DNA of 64,000 nt from Octopus sinensis. Taxonomy: Eukaryota. The position numbers and the translations under genes are program-made. Every line of letters begins with the position of its first letter. Positions within the stretch are counted from its first letter, which is position 1. The notes below the pieces were generated by a model. The model ran no database searches, was not told where the DNA came from, and saw only the letters and a program-made list of their open reading frames with translations. The DNA lies in assembly GCF_006345805.1 (NCBI RefSeq), contig NC_042998.1:165850001-165914000 (forward strand), in the 5' to 3' direction. Shown one piece after another: positions 1 through 12,872 of this stretch.

Positions 1-320
1 CAGAAAGTGCAAACCTCTGCCAAGGCAACACCAACATCCTCTCAACAATTAATCGGAGATGATTTTTAGAATGAGAATATCTGAAATAAACTCAACTGCT
101 CTCACAAATGAAAATACAAGAAATGAACCCAACTGCTCTCAGAAGTTAAGTAAAAAAAAACGGAAAGATAATCCAGAATCCTTGACTGGTACCAGATCAA
201 TCCCAAAATCAAATCAGTTTGTGCTAGTCCTGACGTCAAACATCCCTGAAAGTTTCATCCAAATCCATCCAGCGGTTCTTCAGATATCTTGTCCATGGAC
301 AAACAAATGTGACTGAAAAT
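1..320 (+). mobile_element. Fragment of a Helitron/Helentron-like (HINE/DINE-type) non-autonomous element
   Basis: Motif aagtttcatccaaatccatccagcggttcttcagatatcttgtccatggacaaacaa resembles the conserved core of DINE/HINE-like elements (from memory). No termini seen. Confidence 0.4.
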
Positions 321-618
321 AGGCAGAGTTAATAATGTAGTAGTAATCATGCTATAACCCTAAGTTGAGCCCTTAGAAGTTAAGTGTTATGATTTGGGGA
401 TAGTGCAGAGATAGTGTTGTGTTACAAACAGCTAACATTTTATTCGTTAGGCTGATACTCAATACATTTTACTACCTGTGATTGTCATATAAGGATCCAA
501 TACTATTGTAGCTGATATTGTATTCTGACAGCAAGTTATTAGTGGAACTAAGTCTGTGAACAGTTTCAATTTCTGGACAACTATTTTATTAACTATATTA
601 AGAAGGCAAGGGCTACAT

Positions 619-847
619 CAGTAGTTTTCAACTATTTTTTGCCTATGTAATCAAAGGATTCCTATTCTATTCAAATGTATCTCTATAGCCATTTGGTCTG
701 TATAAAGAATACTACTGTTTTTTATAATTGAATATTAAGAATTATATAAAAAAATGTTAAAATATTTTGTGTATAGTAGAAATATAAGCAATGTCTTGCA
801 CATAAATTTTAACAAAATCTTATATGGACTCCAGTTAAGAACCACTG
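619..847. mobile_element. hAT (Charlie-like) MITE
   Basis: TIR cagtagttttcaact / agttaagaaccactg; imperfect 8-bp TSD ggctacat / gactatat. A homologous copy lies inverted at 42114-42347. Confidence 0.75.
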
Positions 848-1030
848 GACTATATAATCTCTCTCTTCTCTTGAACTATAAAATAAAATGAAAATAAAGT
901 ATTCAACTGAATGAATTACATCAAGAAACATGTGTTTCAAAAAATGGTATAAATTGTATCAGTCTCCCTAAATCTCATATTTCTTGTTTTAGGCTTGGCT
1001 ATATATTTTGCTGACCTCAGATGAAGTTAA

Positions 1031-1142
1031 CCCTGACAAAATGTAAATCCTGAGAAACAAAAAAACTGTTCAGCATTCTGCCTGCTTATCACATGCATAC
1101 AGCTTTCACTAGTTAATTCAACTTCCCATTGAAACATTAGGG
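1031..1142. mobile_element. Short piggyBac-type MITE
   Basis: TTAA-ccct ... aggg-TTAA termini (TTAA at 1027-1030 and 1143-1146). Confidence 0.5.
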
Positions 1143-2136
1143 TTAAAAGTTAGGTAGAACTGTAGAGCCTAAAACACTATATCATTTGTTTGTGTTGTAA
1201 ACAATCTGCTTGTGGCATTCCAATCACAAGCAAAGCCAGTTTATGACTAAGTCAACCCCAGCTGTTGAAACAGAGGAATTTGAACTCATAAGCGAAAGAT
1301 ACAAAAGAAATATCACAAAGTATTTAGCTTAGCACTTTTCCACCACCTCTCCACACAATATTATAAAAATTATTGTTTTCAAAATGAATTTGAAACCTTT
1401 GAGATTTGAATTGACAAGTGAAGTTTGATCATATCAAAAGACATTTGAAAACAAAATGGAAAAGAAACCATTTGAAGAATAAATTGAATTTTAGATTTTG
1501 AACTTTGCTTTGATTGAGAATAAAGTATTCATTACAGAGAGTAGGACTAATTTCTAAATAAAGTGCAAGACCACAGACTTATAGAGCAGTTATAGTGACA
1601 AAGTCTAGTTTTACTCTTCAGAGCCAGAAAGCTCATATTTGAGCCCTACTGAGTGCTGCTCTCATCCCTAAGATGGTGCTACACATTGCGGCAATCCTAG
1701 ACCATGACCAAAAAATGGCCATTCTATTAATTGACATGATCTCAAGCATACTTGTAAGTTGGCATCAGCTAGAGAACCACAGGCAGAGAGGAAATACTAG
1801 AAGGTTAATGCAGACAGCAAGGACTAAGAAAAGTGGTTAATGCAGGACCTGGGCCACAATATGACTGATGAGTGAAAGAATGATGAATGAGTTGGAAAGC
1901 CTGAGTGGAAATAATATGAGATAAGCTAACTTTGACAAGGAGAAGCCATTTTTATCATCAACATCATCATTTAATGTAGCCTTTTCCATATTTACATAGG
2001 TCAGATGGAATGTTATGAGGCAAATTTTCTAAAACCTGACGCCCTTCTTGTTGTCAACCCTCACCTATTTCTAAGCAAGGTAAAATTTCTCCATGACCAA
2101 ACTTTTTTTGGATGGTAGCCTGGAAACAAACAACAT

Positions 2137-2566
2137 CTCTTTTACTCTTTTACTTGTTTCAGTCATTTGACTGCAGCCATGCTGGAACACTGCCTTTAGT
2201 CGAGCAAATCGACCCCAGGACTTATTCTTTGTAAGCCTAGTACTTATTTTATCAGTCTCTTTTGCTGAACCGCTAAGTGACGGGGACATAAACACACCAG
2301 CATCGGTTGTCAAGCAATGCTAGGGGGACAAACGCAGATACACAAACATACAAACACACAAACACACACACACACACACACACATATATACATATATATA
2401 CGATGGGCTTCTTTTAGTTTCCATCTACTAAATCCACTCACAAGGTTTTGGTTGGCCTGAGGCTATAGTAGAAGATACTTGCCCAAGATGCCACACAGTG
2501 AGACTGAACCCAGAGCTTTGTGATTGGTAAGCAGGCTACTTACCACACAGCCACTCCTGCGCCTAT
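2137..2566 (-). mobile_element. CORE-type tRNA-derived SINE, family A, near full length
   Basis: tRNA-like head (taggcgcaggagtggctgtgtggtaag...gggttcagtc), CORE-like cttgggcaagt block, internal (TA/TG)n, tail aaacaagtaaaagagtaaaagag. About 30 related full or partial copies across the window. Confidence 0.9.
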
Positions 2567-3469
2567 AATGGTGATGTCTCTTATATAACAATCACTTGAA
2601 GTAAAGACAAAGTTACTCACATGCACACACACACACACATACCTTTTATCTTTTACTTGTTTCACTCATTAGACTGCAGCCATGCTGTGGTACTGCCTTG
2701 AAGAATATTTAGTGGAATGAATCAAACCCAGTACTTTTTTTAAGCCTGATACTTATTCTATTGGTCTCTTTTGCTTCAGAAGAAAGCAGTCAAAGAAATG
2801 CATGTTTACATAGAATTCATTACTTTAAACTGCTAGGTGTTTGGATTAGCAGCAGCATCAACTCTCCAACTGTTGGTTGTGGTCATTCTAATATATTTTC
2901 CCATGGTGTAGCAGTAGCGGTGGCGGTGGCGTGTGTTCGTCATAGTCACAGTGAAATCTATGTAAACACACATATCTTGGACTGCTTTCTTCTGAAGATG
3001 TGTCTTTGCATTGTTAGAAGCTTTCCTTATCTCTTTTCCTTCATTTTCTATTTCTATGCTACAATGCTTCAAGCAAACTACAATGCTCTTAAAAAAAAGT
3101 ATATTTATTGAATGAATCTTTTTTTTTTTCAAAGGTTCATTTAGCATGAAGAAATATACTTATTAATGAGCAATTTTTTTTTTTATGATGGTGAAATTTC
3201 AGCAACTAAAATTAATGCACACATATATCTACACTTACATGACAGTAACTTATAAACTTACCAAAATGTGAAATTAAATTCAAGCTGATTCTTTGCTATA
3301 GAATATAAATGCTTCTTTGACATTTGGTCTATGACATTTGATAAAGGAAATTCATTCTCCATGGTTTTTAACATTGCTCTTAGCAATTAAATAATTTTTT
3401 CCCTGTTACAGAAATCAACAGTAATCATTAAAACATATACTACATGTGTATGTGTGTGAGTGTGTGTGT

Positions 3470-3845
3470 GTGTGTTCTTTTATTTGTTTCAGCCACCCTA
3501 TTGTGGCTATGCCAGAGCACTGCCTTGAAGTGCTTTTGTCAAACTTACTGTTTAAGTCCTAGTACTTATTCTATTGGCCTCTTTGCTAAACTGCCAAGTT
3601 ACAGGGACGCAAACACACCAACACTGGTCATCAAGGGATGATGGGGGGACAAACACAGACACAAAGACACACACACTCACACACACACAATAGACTTCTT
3701 TCAGTGTCCGTCTACCAAGTCCACTCACAAGACTTTGGTCGGCTCGAGGCTATAGTAGAAGACACTTTCCCAAGGTGCCACACAGTGGGACTGAACTCAG
3801 AACCATGTGGTTGGGAAGCAAGCTTCTTACCATACAGTCATATAT
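3470..3845 (-). mobile_element. CORE-type SINE family A copy
   Basis: Same head, body and tail blocks as 2137-2566. Confidence 0.8.
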
Positions 3846-3885
3846 AACATTCTGTGATTGCATAGGTGTAGTCTTGTATGGTTAA

Positions 3886-5784
3886 CTCTTTTAAAATGGT
3901 TGATATAAATTTATGCACGCAATGTACATGCTTTAAATCGGTCAACATAATTATATGCTGCCTGAGTTAGTACTCATCCACCTCCCAACTGATAGGCTGG
4001 TTAGATGTTTCATGTAAATATTTACAGCCCAGATGCAGGTTTTATTCCTATATAAGCCGTAATTTTGGTGATCATACTACATTAGCAATATGGCTTCCAA
4101 TCAACTCAAAACCAATCTATGCTCATCATCTTGTACTGTCAGTGCTCGCAGGAATTCTGCTGTAGCTGAACCTTCTGGCCCTGCACATAATTTACAATTG
4201 CATCCCACCACATCGACTTCATCATTACGTCCCACTACCAGCTTTGTCACATTCATCATCATGTTGTGCCGCTCCTGCTTCCTCACATTCTACTACTCCA
4301 GTTCCATCATCATTGTCATTGCATCCTGCCACTCCGACTCTGTCAACTTCATCGTCAAATTTATGGTCATCATACCAAGCTACACCAAACTCCACCACCT
4401 CACCAATTGTTTCTTCTGTTTCGGATGATTACTCAGAGAGTGAGTATTTTCCTAGTTCAGAATCAGATGATTCCAATAGTGATGATGATATTCTGGTGAT
4501 TCAGAGGTACAGACGAGCAGCAGTGAATGGCCCTGAACAACAAAATGTTGTGTGGTGAGTGAGAGACAATTTTGTCTGACAGCATGGGTTTACAGTACAC
4601 CTGGTATAAAGGCAAACCATGGAAATGGAAGTTTGCCATTGGAAATCTTCCATAAGTTTTTGATGGATGAAATGTGGAATTACAAAATCTACACACATCA
4701 AGAAATATTGGATCTTCCAGTGTCTACTCTAGCGTCAACTGATGCCATGTTGTTGCTGAATGAAAACTTGTTTGACAAAGGCTACAATATTTATATGGAC
4801 AACTGATTTTCCAGTCCATACCTCTTCCTACAGCTGCAGGTGAGCAGGACTAATGCCTGTGGGACTGTGAGGATACACAGGAAAAACATGTCTCCAATCT
4901 TCACAAGATAAAACTTTGAAAGGGGGAAACAGCATACCGATGCACCGATAGTGGAATTCTCACTCTAGTGTGGTATGACAAGAAAAACATCTGCATGTTA
5001 TCCACAATGCATTCAACAAACATGAAGGATACTAGGAAACAAGATGCAGATGGTAATGCCATAATGAAACCAAGTGTAGTTGCTTCATACAATGAAGTGA
5101 TAGATGGGGTCAATCACTCTGATCAGCTGGTCATGACACACAAATTGGTGAGAAAATTTGTGAAATGGTACAAAAAATTTTCTTGTATATTGTTGATTTG
5201 TATGTCTTGAACTCACATTTGATTTGGCAGATACTTGGTGGCGTGGGGTATGGATTGATATTTAGGAATCTATTGTTCCAAGATATGATAGAAGCATCAG
5301 ACCTGCCAAAGTTCAGAACATGTGGACATCCCCACGGCAAACTCTTGCCTCACTGCATGGTGAAGGAATGTGGATATTTTCCATGACGGTTTCCCCCCAT
5401 CACCAAGAAGACAGATGCTTCAAAGAGATGCACAGTATGTAAAGCAAAAGGGAAATGTAAGGAAACTGGACGCCATTGTTTACAATGTGATATACTACTG
5501 TGTGTGGTTCCCTGTTTTGAATTCTACCACACTAAATTCAGTTTTTGAATTCATGTTATTGTAAATACATGAAGTTGATGTGACAAGTGATCTTATTCAG
5601 GAATAATATTGCATGAGTGTCCTGCAAGGGATATAGTTTAGGTAAATAAACAGTACTTGCACCGGTTGACAAGTGGTTGACATAAATATACGCCAAATAT
5701 TATCTCACACTGAGTGCTGACCTCAATCAGTGCAATTACCATTGCCACGCGCAGGCAACCAAATGAACCACTACTGTAAACTGG
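3886..5784 (+). mobile_element. piggyBac DNA transposon, internally deleted and degenerate
   Basis: Flanked by TTAA at 3882-3885 and 5785-5788; the flanks rejoin into a SINE head. Contains transposase remnants. TIRs are poorly conserved. Confidence 0.8.
4400..5548 (+). pseudogene. PGBD4-like piggyBac transposase pseudogene
   Basis: Acidic N-terminus (SDDYSESEYFPSSESDDSNSDDD); LFDKGYNIYMDN*FSSP and NACGTVR; WYDKKNICMLSTMH; KPSVVASYN..DGVNHSDQL; RKFVKWYKK; C-terminal Cys-rich domain RCTVCKAKGKCKETGRHCLQCDILLCVVPCFEFYHTKFSF* (stop 5546-5548). Has stops and frameshifts. Confidence 0.92.
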
Positions 5785-6170
5785 TTAAGAAGCTTGCTCC
5801 CTAACCATGTGGTCTAGGGCTCAGTCCTACTGTGCAACGCTTTGGACAAGTGACCCCTACTACAGCCGCAAGCCAACCAAAGCCTTGAGAGTAGATCTGC
5901 AAGACAGAGGTTGAGAAAAGCCATCATATGAGTGTGTGTGTATGTACCTATGCCTTAACATCACATGGTGATTGTAAATTGCTTGTTTCCTGTCTTCCAT
6001 GAAAGATGTGCCTGACCATGGATATATTACACTGCTTGGAAACAGGTGTCAAGATGGACAACTGACCTTAGAATATCTGTCTCAACAAATTTCATCAGAC
6101 TCATGAATGCTCAGAAAAGTGGACATTAAATGATTATGATGATGATGATGAGGATGAGGTTGATGATATA
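5785..6170 (+). mobile_element. CORE-type SINE with RTE-like (GAT)n tail (family A2); head split by piggyBac
   Basis: ttaagaagcttgctccctaaccatgtgg head continuation, CORE-like block, ends aaaagtggacattaaatgattatgatgatg. Confidence 0.7.
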
Positions 6171-6667
6171 GCTTATGCATAAATAGTGATGCTAGTTTTA
6201 TACAATCTTAACTCTAGACCAGTTTCATACAACATATAATAGTTTCACTTTGAAGACAGTATTTCACATTTCACCAAAAATAAATCTAGTTATTACACTT
6301 TTACACAACCCAGAGAGGGTGACATTGCTCTCAGCAGCTAAAGAGTTTAGTGCATGACTGGCAGCAGCTGCACAATTCTAGAAAAAAACTTCCAGAGCAC
6401 TTTTAGAATTTTCTATTTGTGGTGTCTCTCTCACTCAAAATGAATTCAATTTTTTAAAGTTTTTTTTTTAATTCTGATTTTGGAAATTTGGATCAAAGAT
6501 TATCAACTGTACTGGCCTTGTCAGTCAATAAAAATTAATGTATATTTATTGCATTAGAGAAGGAATTAAGTTAAATATTATGATCAGATGAATATTCACT
6601 TGAAAGAAAGGTTAAGAATAAGAGAATTGCTTAAGTGGCTAATCATCAAACACACTAGCTGTTAACA

Positions 6668-6838
6668 GCAATGGTGGTTGTGGTGGCGGTGACGGTAGTG
6701 GTGATGGTGGTGGTGGTGGCTTTGTAGGTGGTGGCGACGGCAGCAGTGGTGGTGGTGGTGGCAGCAGCAGCAGCAGTCATAATGTTGGTAGCAGTGGCAG
6801 TGGTGGTAGTGGTAGTGGCTGTGGTGTAACAGAGGTGA
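6668..6838. repeat. (GGT/GCA)n low-complexity tract
   Basis: Degenerate trinucleotide repeats seen directly. Confidence 0.9.
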
Positions 6839-7465
6839 TGGCACTACAAGAAAGAGAGAATTTTTGCAAAAGGACTAGAAAATTATCCATGAAAGCTACA
6901 CTACACCAAATGTAATGCAAAACTCAAAGAACTGGTTAACCCATCCAAGTAACATACAGCAGACTTCACCGCTGAAATATAAGCTGGTTTCTGAAAGAAA
7001 CCAGGTGATATGAAATACAACAGCCAGAAAATTTAAAGTTCAGGGATAAACAAATGTGGAAACAAAATCTACATCATAATTTTGATTCTTATCATTCTTG
7101 TATGCAATAAAAACTACAAGAATAACCAGAATTGAAGCCCTTGTATCTGAAAGATAATACTCAGAAAGGTTGTGAAATACAATTGAATCTGGGAAGTGTA
7201 ATATTCTAAACAGAGGTAAAAGACTGATTGGTAATGTGAAAAACCCTTAATTTAAAAAAATGAATAAATGAAGTACACACATGCATTTAATATCAGAAGT
7301 ATACAGACATCAAAAGACAGGGATAAATATGTATATAGTGAGTGTGTATAAACATATTTGTGTAGAAGGGTATCTACCTATAGTGTGTTTGTGTGCAGGG
7401 TGAGGGGTATGTTAATAACAAACAGTGAGAATCAGTACTCAACACCGCATTGGTGGATAAATATT

Positions 7466-7743
7466 CTTTACTTATGGGTTAGCCAAGCTACCATTGGTTT
7501 CATGTCAAGAGAGGTATATCTCTTAGCAATTATCAAACCTTTTTGCATGGGACATTGGTGTTCATCTTCATCTTAGATGAAAACAGCAAGGTGTGTTCAT
7601 CCAAGATGATGATGAATGCCAACACGTTTTCATCCAAATAGAGATGAACAACAATATCCCATGCAAAAAGGTTTGATAATTGCTAAGAGATATACCTCAC
7701 TCAATATGAAACCAATGGTAGCTTGCTTAACCCATAAGTAAAG
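7466..7743. repeat. 278-bp foldback (about 118-bp inverted arms, about 41-bp spacer); probable MITE
   Basis: 7466-7584 (ctttacttatgggttagccaagctaccattggtttcat...gatgaaaac) is the reverse complement of 7626-7743, with roughly 10 differences. Confidence 0.92.
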
Positions 7744-7747
7744 TATA

Positions 7748-8090
7748 CTTACTTGCTTGCTTCATGCTCTTGCTTGATGGGACTGGGGTCATCCCAGGTA
7801 AGTGGTTCCAGAGATGCCATTATGCATAGAGCCAACCAGGTCCACCAGTACTCTTCATCACTGGCAGTCCCATGCCAGCCCCTCTGCATTCTCCAAGGTG
7901 ACATTGAGCCTCTGGAGATCTTCCTTAATCATGTCCAGTCATCTGGTGTGGGGCCTGACATGAGGTCACTTCCATGTCATAGCTGCTGCATCAAATGAGA
8001 GCAAAGCCATGGTAGGATGATCTGGTGGAAGACGTAGGGCATGTCATTATCAACACATGTGACTATGAGGTGGGAGGCTGCGACTGATGC
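7748..8090 (-). mobile_element. RTE-clade LINE 3' fragment
   Basis: Minus-strand translation WK*PHVRPHTR*LDMIKEDLQRLNVTLENAEGLAWDCQ**RVLVDLVGS matches the RTE C-terminus (WKRPRGRP..W..DL...AQDR..WR.LV); (AAGC/AAGT)n tail. Confidence 0.75.
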
Positions 8091-8245
8091 GTGTGTGCAT
8101 GCAGTTCTTTTGGGTTTTTCCATATTCTTGATCTCCATATTTTTCCATGTAGATTGAAAAAAAATTCGAAAAAAGTTAAGAATTAAAAATTTGTCAGGGA
8201 ATTTAAAATTTTGAAAACATTCAGCAGGAAATAGGCAACTTTTAT

Positions 8246-8383
<138 letters not shown>

Positions 8384-9497
8384 GAAATCCAATTCAAGTT
8401 TCAGTGGTAAATATGCAAAGCAAAAGTGATTTTTTTCTCTAAAGTTTGTATTTTGTTGGGATTAATCCAATGATCTGACAGGCAAGGTATGTAATAAGTA
8501 CTTTTCTGAAACAATTTGGTACTAACTCTTGTGTGTGTGTCTACATATATATATATACACTCTCATATATATATATGCATACATACACACATTTCGTACA
8601 CTATGACTTAAGAAAAAATATATTTAACATTAATTCATATAGTAATAGCTAGTAAATATTTATTTAATAACAAACCATGTAATCCACAATCTCGAAAACG
8701 TATTTCTGTAAAATATTGGGGGCAAAGGTGAAATTTCTGAGGGTTCCACCCACCCCAACCCCTGTTATCCGGACAAAAAAGTGTTTTGTTGCATATTAGG
8801 ATGTCACCATAATTCATTCAATGAAGAAAGAATTTCCACTGATTCTGAGATGGTGATGGGATCCAATTTCCCCACTGCCCTTTTTTTTCCAAAGAAAAAT
8901 AAGGGGTTTGCAGCACATTAAAAGGTCAGGTTACTTGATTCCACATAAAAAATCCAAGGTTTTTTTTTTCTTAGTGAAACACGTGTGGATGCACTTATCA
9001 AAATTTACCCAAAAATACTATCATCTATATATAGCTCAGAAATACCACATATATTTAAAAAACAAACATATTTTAAACAAGACAATGGATGTCCTATCCG
9101 AAATAGAATAACTGACCAGTAAAGCTGGATTGAGCTATCAGAAGTTTGCAGTATGCTGTTTTGTAGCGCTGGGCTCTAATGAAGACATTGTTTGCATTGG
9201 TTGTTGATTTATCCACCTGAAGATTTCTACTTGTTTTAGAATGAATCTTGAAGTAATGGAAAAGCTTTCAACTTAACTATGATCTAATATACTCATCCTA
9301 CTTAAAGTATTGCAGCCTCTTTAATTAGTTCAGAATATTAGTTGCAAATGTACTATAATATATATATATAATATTGTGTGGTGGTGGTGGTAGCGGTGGG
9401 GTGAGTGTGTAAGTGAGTGTTGCGTACTTTCTCCTGATTCTTCATTTTATACTCTGAAAAATCTGGATGAAACAGATGCAGCTTATACTCTGAGAAT

Positions 9498-9498
<1 letters not shown>

Positions 9499-9528
<30 letters not shown>

Positions 9529-9603
9529 CACACACACACACATACTTAAATGTGTGTATACATATATGTTTGTATCATATATGTATATATGTGTATGTGT
9601 ATA

Positions 9604-9644
<41 letters not shown>

Positions 9645-9950
9645 TACAAACATATATGTGTACACACATTTAAGTGTGTGTGTGTGTGTCTGTGTTTGTG
9701 TGTATATATGTGTATGTATATGTATGTATATATTTATGTATGTATGTGTGTGTGTATACATACATACATACATACATACATACATACATACATACATACA
9801 TACATACATACATACATACATACATACATACATACATACATACATACATACATACATACATACATACATACATACATACATACATACATACATGCATGCA
9901 TGCATGCATACATACATACATATAAGCATACATACATATATATAATCACA
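9499..9950. repeat. Compound (CA)/(TA)/(TG)/(TACA)n microsatellite
   Basis: Seen directly; the source of many spurious ORFs. Confidence 0.98.
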
Positions 9951-10563
9951 CAGATACATATAAAATTTGTTTTTGTAATTAAAAAAACAAATGAAAAGAA
10001 CCTACTCATTTTCTCAGTCACGTTAAAGAATGCTATTCTCATATGTGGTAAGATGCTACCAGTAAATTCAAGATTCTTCAAAGATATCACTTTATCTTCA
10101 GAATCTGTATATTCTACGGTATATATAATGGTCTTCCTGCTTTCATTATTCTATGACATTCCTTTCAAGTTTACCTGATATCACATTAGCAAGGCAATCT
10201 TACATTTTTTTTAAAGTCTTTACTCTACATTTTCACAAAATGAAAGTGTAGACAGGAAGAATTATAAAGCAATTACACAAATAAATAAATGTCTAAATAA
10301 TTAATTAAATTTTATTTATATATTTGTGATTTACGTATGTGTTGTATAGAAGCTATTTTTATCACCTGTTTAGGCATATTACTGCTTCTTCCTGAATATT
10401 TTTGTACTTTCGATGAGTTAACAGTCTACAGCATGGCTGTGTAGTAAGAAATTTGCTTCCCAACCACATGGTTCTTGGTTCTGTCCCACTATGTGGCACC
10501 TTGGGTAAGTGTCTTTTTTTATAGCCTCCAGGCCATTTGATAGATGGAAACCAAAAGAAGCTT

Positions 10564-10608
<45 letters not shown>

Positions 10609-10739
10609 TTGTGTCTGTCCTCACCACCACCACTCAACAAATAGTGTTGGTTTCTGTACGTTTAATAACTTAGCAATTTGGCAAAAGAGACCATTAGAAT
10701 GAGTACCAGACTTTAAAATAAGTACTGGGTTCCATTATT

Positions 10740-11000
10740 ATCATCATCAACATTAATGTCCATTTTCCATGCTGGCATGGGTGGACAGCTTAACAAGAAC
10801 TGGCAAGGTCAGGGGACACATCAGGTTCCATAGCCTGTTTTGCCTTGGTTTCTACAGCTAGGTGCCCTTCCTAATGCCAACCACTTTGCAGAGTGTACAA
10901 GGTGCTTTTTACGTGGCACTAGTACCAGTGATTTCACATGACACCATCACCAATGCTTTTTATATGGCACCAGCACCCATACCAATGTTTTTTATGTGGT
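10740..11000 (-). mobile_element. RTE LINE 3' UTR fragment
   Basis: catcatcatc..tccatgctggcatggg..cccttcctaatgccaaccac block shared with the 3' UTR of the RTE copy at 35652-36535. Confidence 0.7.
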
Positions 11001-11147
11001 ACCTTGATTTTAGCATCTTACTTCTGTTGTGGTGGGCAGGTTTCAACTCAACTAAATTCTTCAAGGCTGTTCCCTAGCATGGCCACAATCCAATGACTGA
11101 AACAAGTAAAATATAAAAGAGATAAGATGTTTTGCATGTTAGTAGTA

Positions 11148-11370
11148 TATAAAATCCGTTCTGTCTGTCTGTGTGTGTGTCTTCTAGGATCTCGGGCATC
11201 CTCCATCTGATTGCGCTCAAATTTGATATATAGATACCGACAGTATCAGGGCGTGTATAAGTCTTGAAAAAATTACAAAAATCGATTCTAGGTGAGAATG
11301 TGATCGATAAAGTCGTAGGAACATGCATTTGTACACACAAGTACATCAGCTGTTGCAATTGATATTTTTA
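11148..11370 (+). mobile_element. Helitron-like 5' fragment
   Basis: tatataaaatccgttctgtctgtctgtg...ctcaaatttg start resembles non-autonomous Helitron/HINE 5' ends; CpG-rich relative to flanks. Confidence 0.45.
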
Positions 11371-12872
11371 TTTTTTATTTTGCTGGTGTCTCAAATTTAG
11401 GTTAAATCAGTGTTTCTCAAAGGGGAAGCCTATGGGACAGTCAGACAAGTTGTTTTGAGAAAATTTAATTTAAATGTTTGACAACTCAGCACCATCTATT
11501 GGACGGGGGGGGGGGGCGTTTTGCTCGTATTACCTACAATCCCTTCCTGAATATCTTTGTATTTTAGATGTGTTAATATCCTACATGTGTTTAAGGTAGA
11601 AAGCTGGCAGAATTGTTAGCACGCTGAGCAAAATGCTTAGTAGCATTTCATTCATATTTGCGTTCAGAGTTCAAATTCCACTGAGGTCGACTTTGCCTCT
11701 TATCCTTTCAGAGTCGATAAAATAATTACCAGTTGAGCACTGGGGTCACCGTAACCAACTTACTCCCCCTCCCTGAAATACTGGCCTTGTGCCACAATTT
11801 GAAACCAATATCCAACATGTGTTAGAACTGAAATTTAAAGACCATATTTTAAATACAGAATAATGACATACGTCTTGGAAGTATCACTTAGCTGAAACCA
11901 TCATACATCAAAACTGTTGTACTTTAACACTCCTGAAATGTGATCCTTGAATATAAACCTGTTTTTTTGGCAGTATGTTATTGCAGTGCAACTTACAAGT
12001 AGTTTGTCCATTCTACTTGGTATGCTTGAAGAATACATTTGTTGGTGTTATTGTTTCTCATTACTGATGATGATGATGTGTGTGTGTGATGGTGGCGATG
12101 CCGGTGCTGCTGCTGCTGGAAGTGGTGGTGATGGTGTTGGTGGTTTTGTTGGAGGAGGAGGGAGGATGGGAGGGGGGTGGGAGAGGGGATGATGGGAGGG
12201 GGGAGATGAGGAGGCAGAGGAGAGGAGGAGGATGGGGCGGAGAGGAGGGGGATGGAGGAGGAGGGGAGGAGGAGGGGAGGAGGAGGAGGCCTGCATATCT
12301 GTTTGAACAGATCTATGTAGGAGAAGTAACTCGTGGAATATTCAGATAGCAGCAGTTTGTAAATCATGATCCTTAGACATTTGATGCAATGCTCCAGGCT
12401 TGTCTGAACTCATGCTGCATATTCTACCATGCATTGGTCAGTAGTGTTGAGATGCAGTGCACAACAATCTTCTAGTCGTTCAGTACATTTTATTTGCTGT
12501 GCGTCCTGTCTTCCTTTAGAGACATGTATACTCACATACGTGTGTGTGTGACTTTCTGTGTGTGTGTGTGTGTGTCCTTGTTAAACATTGTGTAATTGTT
12601 GTAAATGAACACCACCATCATACAAGCAGTGCCCCTCATTTCCAATCTTCCATGAACATACGTCTATCCATGGTGAAATATTATCTTGCTTAGAAACAGA
12701 TGAGAGTTAACAACAAGAATACTTAGTCCAGCAGTAGAAAATCTGTCTCCTGTGAATTCTATTTGATCCATGCAAGTGTGGAAAAGTGAACTTTAAAATG
12801 ATGATAATGATAATGATGGTGATGAATATTAGTTACAGCATATGTTAAGCTATAACTCCCATATTATATGTA

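Noticed and set aside
6662-6844. His/Cys-rich ORF that could suggest a histidine-rich structural protein
   Set aside because: It is the reverse translation of a (GGT/GCA)n simple repeat, with no splice or flanking coding context.
9442-10178. Long ORFs of HTYI/MYVC/YIYI repeats (also near 21450, 24518, 40776 and 49303)
   Set aside because: Microsatellite translations.
11993-12367. Pro-rich and Gly/Glu-rich ORFs
   Set aside because: Purine-rich low-complexity (GGA/GGT)n tract.
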